The notes beneath the pieces are model-generated. The model did no database searches, was not told where the DNA came from, and saw only the letters and a list, made by a program, of their open reading frames with translations. From the NCBI RefSeq assembly GCF_001194135.2, contig NC_068994.1, positions 44,113,042 to 44,161,701 on the forward strand: a stretch of DNA of 48,660 bases, in the 5' to 3' direction. This stretch comes from Octopus bimaculoides (Eukaryota). Positions 34,990 to 48,269 of the stretch are shown here, in pieces (the stretch's first letter is position 1; the number at the start of each line of letters is the position of its first letter). Both the position numbers and the translations under genes were made by a program.

Positions 34990-37900
34990 CTTTGAACGCC
35001 ACCAGTTTTCTTTACATACCGGATTTCACCTTCATTTATACAGTATCACCCTGTTGATTCGAGAAATGAACCATTTCGCCCCATATTACTTATAACAAGA
35101 TGCACTCACGTTTTGGAGTCAAACCTTTTTACGAGAGACTTTTGTTGATCCTACTGCATTTTCAGGAAATGCAAGACTAAAAGTGAAAAAGACCCTTCGT
35201 TCAACTTATAAATATAAGCAGTACATAGCCAATGCCGTCATTTAGACCCAGATCAACCCTGACACCCAACAGATCAAATAAATTCTTTTTATAATCTTTT
35301 AGAGCGTTAATCGAGGAAGATTTAGTTGCTATTTCTAACAGTTTGAGTTATCACTTGTTTAATACTAATTAATAGTTATGTCGAGTTGTGTATTGGCTAT
35401 AAAAAATGACAGCATCACTGATGGGATTCGAACCGTTGATATTTTCGTTGCTAATTCGATTTGGTCATTTGTGGTTTTCTGTCCATATACAGACGATTAA
35501 TTATATGTCTATAAATATTTCTATTCAGAAGCACACATACACATACAAAAAGAAGAAAAAAACAGAAAAATATAGCCGCAAGTAAAAATCTGGCAATAAA
35601 AGTTATAGCCTACAGTCCAAGCGATAGCTCTATTTATTTATACCTCCGATGAAACGCAAGAGCCGAAACGTCAAATTTTCCACTTCTCGCATCAGTTAAG
35701 CATTGAACTTTCTTCTTAATATAATTAGTTTCACCGGGATAGACCGCCATCTGTTCCCTCGGATTCTAGATTTTACAGAATCCTAAGGGACAGGTCATTT
35801 AAAAATTTCAACCAATCAAATGAGTTATCTAAAAATGTTTTTGTCAATGAGATATTTCCTGTAGCTGTTGCTAGAATGATATCAATGACAGCAACTCTTC
35901 CAGTCGATGATAATTCATGTATTTCCGAATTTAATTTTGACTTGGCTTCGGATTGAATAAGCTCCACTGGGTTATTTAAGAATATAAATCACTGAGGTTA
36001 ATTACTCAGATTTTTAATTATCAACCCCACGAAAAATAATGTTCAGTTAGACAGTATTAACATATTAAATATAATGAATATCAAAAGTCTAGTAAGAAAT
36101 CGTTACACGGAGAAGAAAAGAGACATTTGTTCAACGACGATTTTAATCATTTAGACAAATATGGATGACAACTCCCGACATGTTTCAGTTTTATTAAACT
36201 TCTTCTGCGAGGTATAGACTTCGTCCTACTTGACAAATCATTGACAAAAGGATCACTATGTAGCTGTAAAAGGTTGTAAAGGAGTAAGTGTGAAGATATT
36301 GCCATATTTTAAAAAGTTAATCAGAAAGTTTATTATTTACTCAAAGATAGCTTCTACACGAAAAACAAGTTAATGTTAACGTACTTCATGTAATGAATAT
36401 CAAAATATCTAATTAGAAATATTTATGTGGTGAAAAAAAAAAGACAATTAGCTCAATGAATTATCGTATGTAGGAGATACGTTTTTGCCATAACACCTGA
36501 ATCTTTTTTTTTCATCGTGAGTTCAACACAGAAAAGGAACGAAACTAAAATAAAACAATGGTAGATATCAAAATAGACATGAATCTCACTTCCAATTCCA
36601 GTTTAACAAAATAATGTTAGTTCCTCTTGGTTATAATTCGAATCCTCTCCTCACCCAACTCTCCTAACGATTCAATCTATACTTCTTCACATACATTAAT
36701 CCAAAAGATAATGTAAAATGTGCGGTCTCTTGTTTCATTTTTGCTTCTCTTGTTACTTCAGTTAGCTTTAAAGCTCCACCACCGAATCCGCCGCTTTCTC
36801 TCTCGCTCGCCCGCTCTTCTTTTCTTTCCGTTCCTTTCCCGCTCTACTACAAAGATAAGCGTGGTGGCTGAAGATAAATAAATGTCTTACACGGATCACA
36901 ACACAATGCCTGGATAGGAACTCATAACATCTCAACCGAGAGGACGACATCTTATTCACCTACTCAATACAACGATGACCATTATGTTAACATGACGATC
37001 GAGATTCGGACTAGCTTAAATTAGAATCCGACGGTTAAATTCTAATTTCCTTTCTTGTGCCTATCCATCTCATTCGTTCTCTCTCTCGCTCTCTCTCTTT
37101 CCTGTTCTTCAAATATCAGTAAAAGAGATCTACAATTGACTTGTCTCTTCCCCGAAAATCCATCTAACACAATGCATACAATGGACTTGACATAATAAAA
37201 TCTTTCTGTTTAGCGAAAAGTGTCTTCTAACTATATCATCATCTTCTCGACTTTCCAAACTACTTCAAGTCATAGATTTCCACCATTACTAAATTGTAGA
37301 AAGAGCTAACACCGAAGTTCTTTTATCGACGAGTGTCTGCCGATATATTCTTAAGAATATCTATATATTCAGACGGCTCGAAAATGTTATCTTCACATTC
37401 TAGAGATAACCTTATGGCAAGTTCTACATCATAAAAAGCGAACGATAACTCTCTACACTTGTTTCGCATGAGTTGAAAGTTGTGAGGTTATGTTTTGCAG
37501 CAGAACGGAATGCCTGTGTTTTAACACGATTAAGTATCGATCTTTTCCTTTCGTATTGGTTGTATTTCTCCCAAACAGCAGAATTAAATGGCTTTGGCTA
37601 AAATACTCGGCGCAACCCATCCCCTCCTTTACACACACACATAACTATGTTTGTGTTGGGTGTAGTTTAAAATTATTACCTACGTTGTTTTTACATTTAT
37701 TCTTAGAAGTGCCAAATCTCCTTCAGCAAGGAAGGAGAGGTGTTTTTATTTATTTTTTAATCAATTCTTACATATCTAAAAACCTCTCATAATAACCTAA
37801 CGGGTTATTACTGTTACCTACATGATCAAGTAGCGTTGCTCGGCAATAAAACGCTTGTTCTGTTCTTTCTTATGCGAGTATGGCCGAACTTGGAACGAAG

Positions 37901-38149
37901 TTAATGCTTGTTGTCAGACATTTCGCAGCTGAAGTACTTCAATTCACTATTTCACTGTGATGATACATGTAATACCTGATCTTATTCTAACACAGAAATT
38001 GTTGGGCGACTCATGTAAAGGCAGTTTATTTCCTAACATCTATTTCTATCGAATGAATGATTGTTTTATCGCCTTCATTAAACCTGTTAAAAACCCAATA
38101 GACCATTGAACTGATTCTTGAGAATTATTGTCTTCTTAACTGCTGCACT

Positions 38150-38240
38150 ATTTTATTTATTTATTTTTATTTATTTATCTATTTATTTATTTATTTATTT
38201 ATTTTATTTATTATTTTTATTATTTTTATTTTTTTGTTTA
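38150..38240. repeat. (TTTA)n / T-rich tract
   Basis: Directly visible. Confidence 0.85.
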
Positions 38241-38713
38241 ATAATATTTCAGAAATGTTATATTCGTGATTTAATAAAAGAAAACCAAACTGGTTGAAGT
38301 AGTGAGCAAGAAATAAAATTTATAGTTGACATCCAGACGAAAGTCTAAAAATAAAAGTAAAAATAAAATAAATATAAAAAAAAAGAGAGTGAAAAAGAAG
38401 CAAAAGTACATATGTTGACGNNNNNNNNNNNNNNNNNNNNNNNNNNNNNNNNNNNNNNNNNNNNNNNNNNNNNNNNNNNNNNNNNNNNNNNNNNNNNNNN
38501 NNNNNNNNNNNNNNNNNNNNNNNNNNNNNNNNNNNNNNNNNNNNNNNNNNNNNNNNNNNNNNNNNNNNNNNNNNNNNNNNNNNNNNNNNNNNNNNNNNNN
38601 NNNNNNNNNNNNNNNNNNNNNNNNNNNNNNNNNNNNNNNNNNNNNNNNNNNNNNNNNNNNNNNNNNNNNNNNNNNNNNNNNNNNNNNNNNNNNNNNNNTG
38701 TATAAACCTCTAT

Positions 38714-39034
38714 TTTTTTATTTTTTTATTTATGCGCCCTTTTAAAGCCTAGCCAGGCTCACGGGCCCGGTTTCCGGGTTTCTATGGCGTATGTGTTCAC
38801 CACCACCACCACCAGCTAGACGGGACGCCTATCCATCACAGCTTTACTCAAGAAACAGGAAGAAAGAGTGAGAGAAAGAGTACAACAGGAGTCGCCACCA
38901 ACCCCTGCCGGAGCCTCGTGAAGCTTTAGGTGTTTTCGCTCAATAAACACACACAACGCTCGGTCTGGGAATCGAAACCGCGATCCTCTGACCGCGAGTC
39001 CGCTGCCCTAACCACTGGGCCATTGCGCCTCCAC
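38714..39034 (-). mobile_element. tRNA-headed SINE family D with 12-bp TSD and A-rich tail
   Basis: TSD ataaacctctat at 38702-38713 and 39035-39046. Minus-strand head gtggaggcgcaatggcccagtggttagggcagcgg...ggtttcgattccc (A/B boxes), with an (AAAAAAT)n tail. Confidence 0.9.
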
Positions 39035-39091
39035 ATAAACCTCTATAGGGGGTGACAAATTTAAAGGCGGCCCCGGCAGCATAGTCTAAAT

Positions 39092-39289
39092 CAGTGGTTC
39101 TCAATCTTTTTAATATCCGGGACAGATTCAAAACCTGGAATTTTTTTAGGGGGCTGCACCAAAAATGTAAAACACGGGTCAGTTACAGAAAAGTTTACTA
39201 TATTTATAGAGAAAAGACCGTCGAGGACTACCAGGAGGATGCTTCAGAGCCGCCTAAGGCCCTGGGAACCGCGGTTGAGAATTCCACTG
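39092..39289. mobile_element. hAT (Charlie-like) MITE
   Basis: Ends cagtggttctcaa / ttgagaattccactg. The left flank gtctaaat resembles the NTCTAGAN target, but the TSD is not preserved on the right. Confidence 0.65.
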
Positions 39290-39304
39290 TATTCGAGTGA
39301 AGTA

Positions 39305-39427
39305 CAGGGTGTCCACAAGGTCTGGGTACATGGAGTAAATAAAATCATAACATAAACAATTAAATATAAGAAATAATAATTTCTTAAAGTATGTGTTAAT
39401 CCTCATGTACCCAGACTTTGTGGCTGT
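39305..39427. mobile_element. Tc1/mariner MITE with TA TSD
   Basis: TA|cagggtgtccacaaggtctgggtacatg ... catgtacccagactttgtggctg|TA. Confidence 0.8.
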
Positions 39428-39599
39428 ACAATAATTACAGCCAGCTATTATCACAATCGAGTATGACTTGAAGGCGGTCACGAATTCTTTTAGGTGTCTA
39501 TGTAGCCGCGAGTAGACGTCCTCTCGTACCCCTTTGCTTTTGAACCAGCGGCACATCTAGTATGTGACACCTGCAAAAAGATAGAGGGCTACACAAGCA

Positions 39600-39735
39600 C
39601 CCGATCAGTATTCATTTACAGTTGAGCAGAATGGAACAGCGTGAAATGACTTAATTCGCTTAAGGACGCAAAGTTCTCTCTGGTGGGCACAGAAACTGAA
39701 CCCACGACATTATGGTCGTGAGCCGAACACCGGCA
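39600..39735 (-). mobile_element. Old SINE head (family C/D-like)
   Basis: tcatttacagttgagcagaatggaacagcgtgaaatga...gaacccacgacattatggtcgtgagccgaacac. Confidence 0.5.
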
Positions 39736-40364
39736 GTCCATATTAGTCCGGCCTCTATCCTTTGGCCTGTTCGACATAGAAAGCCTTATTGGGAGCCTGC
39801 GCTCTACTGGCATAGTTCTCAGAGTCAGTGAAGCGCAGAAGCTATCACACTGCAATAAGGATTGGACCATGTAGTGGAACCACTAGGCCTACTGAAGGTA
39901 AACTGATCAAATGCCTTGGTCGAACAGACCTGTATTGAAGGACATTCCAAATGTACCACCCAGTATTTTTTGAATATCCAAAGTAACAATGTTAAATATG
40001 TCATTCCAACTTTTCTTTTTACTGTTGGTTGTCGTTCGAGAAAGATTTATTTGGCTGTTAATTTTAGCTGGTCAAACAACTTCATAGAAGCCACCGTTGT
40101 ATAGTTGTTGTGTAATATCAAGCAGTAAACTCTAATCAAGCAGGACTACACGCATTCCGGCTGTGGCCATTTTGTTTTTGTTTTCTTTTCTTTTCTTTTC
40201 GTATGTTTCTTATTCAGGCTGTATATCTAAGATTACATTATCCGGTATCCGTTTTTTTTTAAAGAGAGTAGAGTGTATTTTGAGGGAGATTTGACTGCTA
40301 TTCACAACACGTTTAGAGCAGTTACTGATAGATTAACGTTTTTATACGCCATACATCAGTGAGT

Positions 40365-40590
40365 TTGCACAGTTGTTTGAACGTTGGAACTTTGTCTTCT
40401 TTCTTCTTTCGGAAGTCGATAAATAAAGTACCAGCCCAATACCTAGCAGTTCGGCCAAATAGGGTGATAGAATAAGTACTAGGTTTAGAAAAAGATACTG
40501 GAGTGGATTCGTTCGACTGAAAGTCTTCAAGGTGGTGCCCAAGCATGGCCGCAATCTAATGACAGAAACGAGCAACAGAGAAAAGATAAA
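40365..40590 (+). mobile_element. Composite SINE remnant (family A core joined to family B tail)
   Basis: gtcgataaataaagtacca is followed by gcagttcggc...gatagaataagtactagg...ggtggtgcccaagcatggccgca...gacagaaac. Confidence 0.6.
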
Positions 40591-42371
40591 AGTAGATGCA
40601 TTAATAAGTAGATGTTTCGCGACATCAAAACCGACAATAAACTGAAGCTCCAGCCTCTTCTAAGTGACAGAAAATTAAGTAAAGAATAAGATTTTACAGC
40701 CTTGACTCTATACTGGAACCGAGTATGAAAAGTAGCTCACTTGATATGCACGAAAAATATTTAAACAAAGATAGAAAATCTCGATAAAAATATGCTCTTG
40801 TGCTTACTAAAACCTCCGAAGTTATTGGAATGAATATTTATGTCTCTTCCGGAATATAGAGATATAATATCTCTAAACCAGTTAAAAATCTAAATGATCT
40901 TTTATAATATTCGATTGAGCGAATAGAGTAATAATATGGATGAGAAAAGAAAATGTGAGAAAGCAGCCGTCGCATAACATTTTCAAATGATGCAATTTTA
41001 CCATACAAGCGCAAAGCAAGTTGTAGCAACATTTACTGCTTGTGTGTGTGTGTGTGTGTGTGTGTAAGATAAAAAGGTCATTCATTTCTTTCCAAATCGC
41101 TTAAAACAAAATAAAGTAAAATAAAATGATGTAACTTAGGCACGATTCTGTCATTTGGGAGATATGAATTCGAAAGAAATGTACAAGACTGCTTGCTATG
41201 CGCGTGTATATCTGTATACAAATGCCATTGAATGAGCACTGTGTTGGTTAGTGTGTGTATGCGTGTGAAACGAAGGGTTATTAATGTATATGTGTGGTCT
41301 ACCACTGAAAGACAACTTATTGCCGAAGATATTAAAGAAAAGGAAATTAGCTGGAAACGTTGCGTTGGTATTTTTACTGGCAGTATAAGATTAATGGCAC
41401 ACCTCGAAGTCATGGCACGGAGCGACAAAGTAGTTTTTGATATTACCTGATCGAATTGTATTATTCACTGACAGACGCTGCCTTCTAAAACATGTCCGCA
41501 CTAAAAGCGCTGTTCGATATGCTACTAACGGCATTACACCTTTTTATCAGCTTTGCATTATAACTTACCACATTAGAAGGAGGCTACTTTTTACTGATAA
41601 TCGCAGAATGGCTTTTCCAGAATAACATGACCGAAACTTCTTATTTAATTTGAGTTATTTAATTATTTTGTCAGTTTTCAAAATATATCGCTGCAGTCGT
41701 CAGAGTCAAGTAGTTTGGTCCAAAGATACAGACAACTTTTGTATACTACAATTTCCTAGTTATAGTAAAATATCAGTCTCTGAAAGCGTTGTTAGTTGGT
41801 TCAATTCCCATTAATACTTTAATTTTATCCATCAGTATAAATCTCAGTCAAAAGAAAATCGCTTAATACAATGAATAAAGAGTATTTCAGACAAAGTCGT
41901 TAGTTCTCATAATCATGTTACGCCACATAAATTTCTGTGATACTAGTTCATGATGGAGCGTAAATTAATTTATCTGACCGTTATTAATTTATAAGCTTCA
42001 ATTGATATATTTAAAAAAAAAAAAAGTAGAAACAAAAATAGAAGCTGAAATTTATGTTAAATATTATTTGGCATTTCATTTGTCATATTTTTTATTGTGT
42101 TGTGTCAAGGCTGACAATTTTTTAACTGTTAATATCCAGGTAAATGTCACCACTCATTTTAATTGTAACTTTATACTATCTGAAAAATAGTTGATTAACG
42201 AAGACATAATGTGCTGATAACCAGAAAATAGAGGCATGTCTGCTCTAAAGCCTACTTTGCAGAAAGATTGTGATTAAGATGCCTTGTTCGTAGTTTTGGG
42301 GTTTGTTTTAACATGTGCAAGCAGTGGTACCTGAAGATGCCCGGGTATTGTGTCGAATACAAAGCACTAAA

Positions 42372-42415
<44 letters not shown>

Positions 42416-45400
42416 CTACATAAGTAAATGGAAGCTAATATACTAAACCGTCGCTGAGTGTTACTATCACTACTTCTAAACAGATATCATCTATGAGATC
42501 TTTTTGTAATATTTCAGTAATGAGAACAAAAGAAATTATTCTTTTATAAACCTGGCATGAATTCGTGCGGAGTTTTTTGAAATGATTATGAAACTCGACA
42601 ATAGATTAATTGAAGTATAATTCAGAGACGCTTCTGGAGGTAAAATGCAGACGGCACTTCAACCAGAATTAAATCTAATACGAAGTATCTTAGAAGGTCA
42701 CCCAAGAAATTGTTTTCAACGAACAGTTTCTTTGGGGGTGTTTGTTCTTCGGTTTCACCTAACCATATATAGGCATATACGGTTAGATGTATGTAGACAG
42801 ATATATAAATGGTCCTTGAAATCCCTAGATGTCGTAAAAAGTTTAGAGATCAATTGAATTAACGCATGTCGAGTATTATTTAACGTTGCAGTCAATACAA
42901 ATCTGTAATCTTTTCCAACTCTACATTTTCCAGTGGGAATAATCTGCGGTCACTTAATACAAAGAAACGCAGCAACAGAATATGATGTTGCTTTGATCAG
43001 AACGCCAGATCTCAGGGTTCCTTCCAAATTTGAAACCACTTTTTTTTCTTTAACTACCTGTTGTTAGTTAAAGATAAGAGACACAGTTGGTTGTGAAATA
43101 CATGCCGCAGTCCTTCTGAAATTGAATTCAATGTAAATTGTATTAATAGTTCACTCAAGAGGAGTTTTGCAACAAATTGTTCAGGAGAAAGTTTTTTGGT
43201 TTTTTTTCAAACCACTGCTACCATCACCTTCTTTCCTCCTCTTCTCTCTTTCTATGTCTCGATCTGTCTATATATGCCACCACCTTTGTCTCTCTCTCTC
43301 TCTCTTTCACTATTCGAGGGAGAGAGAGGAGCTGCTTTATCACGTCTTCTTCAATTCGTCTGTCTTCATATTCTTTCCCAACCTACACTTAGGCGGAGTT
43401 TGAAAGAGATTTTGCTGTTTCTCAAAATATATCTTATACGAACTTTCTACGAGATAATAGCGAAAAATAATATGTGGTTTTGTTGTGGTCGTTTGTAGTT
43501 TCCGAATACAAGGCGGACAAGCGCGAACACACACACACTTCATTGATAGATAGATAGATTATTCAGCAAATACATTTACTAAGACAGACAGACATGCATG
43601 ATAGATGCATGATGGATTATTCAACAAGTATATCTACTAATACAGATATAAGTTTCTAGTGACTAATGGTTACATAGTCATGTATTATTCACAGGCATAT
43701 ATTGATGGCTTTTGGCGCTCAGTCGAGATTTGAAATCAGATGCCGATAGCAATTCACCAAGAGCTCACTTCTGATTAAGTTCAAAAACACACTACTGCAA
43801 TAAAAACATTGAGTTTGAAGCATATGAATTAATAGTTTCCTTTCCACAATTTTTGTCTAAAACAAACCAAGTTAATTAGTAGCAATTTTAATGGAATGAT
43901 CACATTAAAATTATTTCCAATAAGAGTATTGGTGAGCGCCATAAAGTAAGAATTAGGATTGACTTCTATGTGAGTGTACTACCTGGGGTTCGATTAGCAG
44001 TTAAAGCCATTTATCTTCACTTAAACAACCTCGTTCCCCTATCTTGTGAATGTGTGGTCTTCTATCTAAATCAGAAATCAATATTGTAGTCAAGTCTGGG
44101 GCCATAACTCTCTACAGCTTTTATAGACTAAGTTGAAAGGCAAAAGTGAAACCACTTAAAAGTGTGCCAGGCAGTCGGTTTTCTAGAAAATGGACGCCAC
44201 AAATTGAATGAAAAATTAATGTCTTTACAACAAAATATTAAAGTTGAAAGGAAACAGCAAAGCACTAGACGTGAAAGTTAGAATAAAGCCGGTCATCATA
44301 CTGTCTCTGGCTCACCCTTTCTCTTTCTCTCCTTTTCTCTTTCTCTCCCTCTCTCTCACGTGCTCTTTTCTCTCTCACACACACACAAACACACACTTTC
44401 TCCGTAATAGCTTGTATTCTTCAAGAACTTTGCAATTAACCAACGTACGAGACTCTTTGATTGTGACTTGTAACTTATTTTCAAATATTTTGTTTTAGAT
44501 TAGAGAAGCAGGTGACGTTGAAAAACAACTTTCGCTATTGGTACAATTTAGTCTCACTGTTCAATTAGCGACGAGGTGTCTTTCTGGGTTCTATGTCTAA
44601 CATTTATTGGAAAACTAACAAACACGTTCTATTCTTTATGTTCATAATCGATATTGTGTCTTTCCTTCTAATATAAATCCATAATGAAAGTAATTGGTTA
44701 TTGAACACAGGCTGCATATTCAACGCAACTTTATATGTGATGTTTCTGAAAATGTGGCTGAGATAGTTTTTAATTTTTTTTTTTTTTTCATATCATCTAT
44801 TTTTTTCTCTTCTATTCTTTTCTTCTTTTCTTTTTTTTGTCTCTTAAATGAAAATGTGTTGTTTTTGATCAAATATTTGTACAAACACGTATGTTGAATA
44901 TGAAAATATATTTGATTGGAATATTAAAATTTTGAGTGGTATTCGGAAATAATTAATATTTTCTTTGATTGAACAAGACATTTTACACCTTGGATTTGAT
45001 ATCGAAGTATTGATAACGATCTCTGTCAATATTCAATCGATTACAATAATTTCCAAAATGATTTTTAGAGAATAGTCTAGAATTTTAGAAATTTGAATAT
45101 GGAAACCATTTGCATTTATTTTGTTTCTCATTTAAAGTAAGCAAAGCAAAAGTGTCACCGACTATTAGCTCTAAATGATTATGTACAATTAGGATGCCAA
45201 ACATCTCTGATGAAGTGATTTAAGTTCCACCGCTCTACAAGTGGTGCAGCTAATATAGCAATTAAAGAAAATTGCTCAACGTATTTTATATCTTCAAACG
45301 AACGAAATATAGGCTTGAAATATTTCTAAGTTTTATTTCCTGATTACCAATGGTAGGGACGGGGAGACAGAGTTGATTTGAGCTTCAGTTCTTCACATTC

Positions 45401-45619
45401 TTTCGTTCTTTTACTAATTTCACTCCAATTGAAGCGCAACCATTGTGAGATGCCGCAAAGAATGATTTTAGTTGAAAATATCGACTTCAGTACTTGCTTC
45501 TGTCTGGTGTTTATTTTATTGAATTCTGTATGATGAACTGCTGAGTTACAGATCACATACGGACACAGTATAAATTCAGACATATATACACGAACACATA
45601 CGTTATATGTGTGTGCTTA

Positions 45620-45722
45620 ATTCCGCCGAGGTCGGTAAAATAAGTACCAGTTGAGCACTGGGGTTGATGTAATCGACTTAACCCCTCCCCCCAAATTTCA
45701 GGCCTTCTGCCTACAGTAGAAA
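45620..45722 (+). mobile_element. SINE family A 3' part with internal deletion
   Basis: aattccgccgaggtcg|gtaaaataagtaccagttgagcactggggttgatgtaatcgactt...aaatttcaggccttctgcctacagtagaa. Confidence 0.8.
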
Positions 45723-45742
45723 TGATTATATGTGTGTGCTGG

Positions 45743-45777
<35 letters not shown>

Positions 45778-45794
45778 TATCTATCTATGTATAT

Positions 45795-46172
45795 TCTTTT
45801 TAATTATTTTATGTGTTTCAGCCTTGAGGCTGCGGCCATGCTGGGGCACCGCCTATATATATATGTGTGTGCGTGTGTGTGTGTATTTATATGTGTATGC
45901 ATATATGTGTGTGTATATATATATTTGAAGAAAAGCAACAAAAATTCAATAGGTTATAGCAGTACGTACGTTTCGTACAAACTTCATTTATTTATGTAGT
46001 GAGAACACCACATAAGATGTTCAATGAAAATGTACTCCTCAGCTGCATAATGGAAGTTCAGTTTTAGAAAGTCATTTTGTAGATGTGTGCAAAAACGAGA
46101 GTAGGAGAAGAAGAAAATACCATCTTGACTGGGCTATTAATCAACAGCCTAGACTGTTAAAAGATAAAATGC

Positions 46173-46211
<39 letters not shown>

Positions 46212-46221
46212 NNNNNNNNNN

Positions 46222-46261
<40 letters not shown>

Positions 46262-46414
46262 GGGCTTCTTTTAGTTTCCATCTACCAAATTTACTCTCAA
46301 GGCTTCGGTCGGTCCAAGACTGTAGTAGAAGGCACATACCCAAGATGCTACAGAGTGGTACTGAACCCAGAACGATGTGATTGGGAAGCAAGCTTCTTAC
46401 CACACAGTCATGCC
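45795..46414 (-). mobile_element. SINE family B tail (45795-45853) and head (46261-46414) separated by microsatellite-rich DNA
   Basis: tgtttcagcc...gcggccatgctggggcaccgcc, and tagtttccatctaccaaa...actgaacccagaac...gcaagcttcttaccacacagtcatgcc. Confidence 0.65.
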
Positions 46415-46764
46415 AGTGCTTATATATGTATTAAAATATTTCTTTCTCTTCTTTTTTGACAAGACTTAGTTTTGACTGACAAATCTTATTCTATGTTGGC
46501 TTCACCCATGGAAATGTTTTAATTATGTTCTTTCACAATTTGCTAATATGATACATTGGCCAACTGGTTTCAGTTACAGGATGTAACGTAAGCCATAATT
46601 ACAAATGTTTTAGTGCTGTGTGAATCACAAAAAATTCTACCCATTGTTATGATATATATATATATATATTAATCATCTGTTTGGTTATAAAAAAAAGTCT
46701 GCATACGATCAAATTTAGTATGAACTTTAACTTTGATGCAGCAATATTGATTTCTGACATAATC

Positions 46765-46949
46765 ACATGGCATAGCTAGAATGTGTGCCCCCAGGGCAGC
46801 TGCTCAGTTAGCCACCCCCTCTTTTCCTATACAGCCTGTACAGGCTTATACAGCAGACCCAAAAAAGTGATGCCCCCCCCCCATAAAAGCATTGCCCAGG
46901 ACAGGTGCCCCGTCCTCATCCACCTCACTACCCCAAGCTATGTTACTGC
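46765..46949. mobile_element. GC-rich MITE-like element
   Basis: Imperfect termini ca(g)tggcatagct / agctatgttactg, with internal tgcccc motifs. A similar right end (gtagctacgccattg) lies at about 16003-16018. Confidence 0.45.
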
Positions 46950-47627
46950 TATAATCACAAGATCTCAAATTTGTGTGTAATGTATAATCCAGTATTCGGA
47001 TTAAAGATTACAAACTGGCCTTTTTTTTTTCTGGTTTATTGACCTTCAATGCATGGAATAGGGAATGTTGACTAAGTCAGGATTTGAACTCAGAATGTTA
47101 ATCAAGAGGATGTAAGAATTTCGTAGCTTACTTCTTCAATAAATATAGTTATCTGACCACATTGCAAAACACAGATGTTTTTCATAAAAACAACATCTGG
47201 TTATCAAAACAAAAGACTTATAAAATTCTTAATAATATTTAATCATTAAAATATTATTGGAGTTTTTAGACATTGACTGGCTCTGAGGGTCCCACCTACT
47301 GATTAAAATAAGAATCAAAGGGTTCCATAGACAAAAAATGGTTGAGAACCAATGCTTCACAGTATTGTAGGTAGATGGGCAGCAAATGCTATAAAGCTAA
47401 AGGCAAGCTTACAACAAGCCAACTTTGTGTTGTTGTTTCAATCCATAATTGGATTTAGTATAAAATTTACAATGCAATTTCCCTCATAAACTGTACAGCC
47501 TTGTTTCCATGTCAAATAAAACTGGCATGATAGCTATTTGAGGGCTTAATACAATGATTCTTAAATGGTGTTCCATTTAAGTAACTTATCAGAAATATGA
47601 TTTAAGTATTTAGAAAATTCACAGAAA

Positions 47628-48265
47628 CCCTTTAGAATTAAAACTGCCTGGATCCAGTCCATATATTCTACTTCTTTTATGTTCAACCAGCCAGATCCAG
47701 CCACTCATACCTATCCTACAATGTCATTCTAAAAATAAACAATTGCACCATTGAAATCTTGAAGCTACAAGATAATGTATGGTTAATTCAAAACAATGAA
47801 TAAATTAAATTTAACAGAGTAATCTGAACGCTAAAGGTTTAATGCTCGAATGAGCTTGTTGGACACAAGTGTGGGAAGTATATGCAATTATATATAATAG
47901 TATAGGTGTCCATAGGGGCGTTTCATGTTATATATTTGAGAGGATTAATGAAGTTCATTGATTAGTTATTAGTCATGTTCAGGCAACATCTAGCAAGAGG
48001 CAAATTAATTCTATAAAAATTTCCCCAACACAGAATAGCAATTAATCCTTTAGCATTTGAACCAGCCATATCTGGCCCAAATATTCTACTTGTTTTATGT
48101 TCATACTTGCAAGATCTGGCCTCTTATACCTACCCTACAATGTCATTCTTAAAATAAACATCGAAATCATTGAAATTTCAAAGCTACAAGATAATTCATG
48201 ATTAAATCAAAGCAATGTGAATGAATAGCTATTAAATTTGACAGAGTAATCTAAATGCTAAAGGG
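47628..48265. mobile_element. Two copies of a piggyBac-like TTAA MITE (47628-47838 and 48046-48265)
   Basis: TTAA|(c/t)cctttagcattt ... aaatgctaaaggg|TTAA. The interiors are homologous (atattctac...ccctacaatgtcattct...aaagctacaagataat). Confidence 0.8.
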
Positions 48266-48269
48266 TTAA

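Noticed and set aside
38960-39034. tRNA-like cloverleaf and A/B boxes (also in the heads at 13790, 27073, 34383)
   Set aside because: These are SINE heads continuing into SINE bodies with TSDs, not tRNA genes.
42310-42350. ctgaagatg...cgaatac as a further hammerhead
   Set aside because: GAAA is broken and no stems form.
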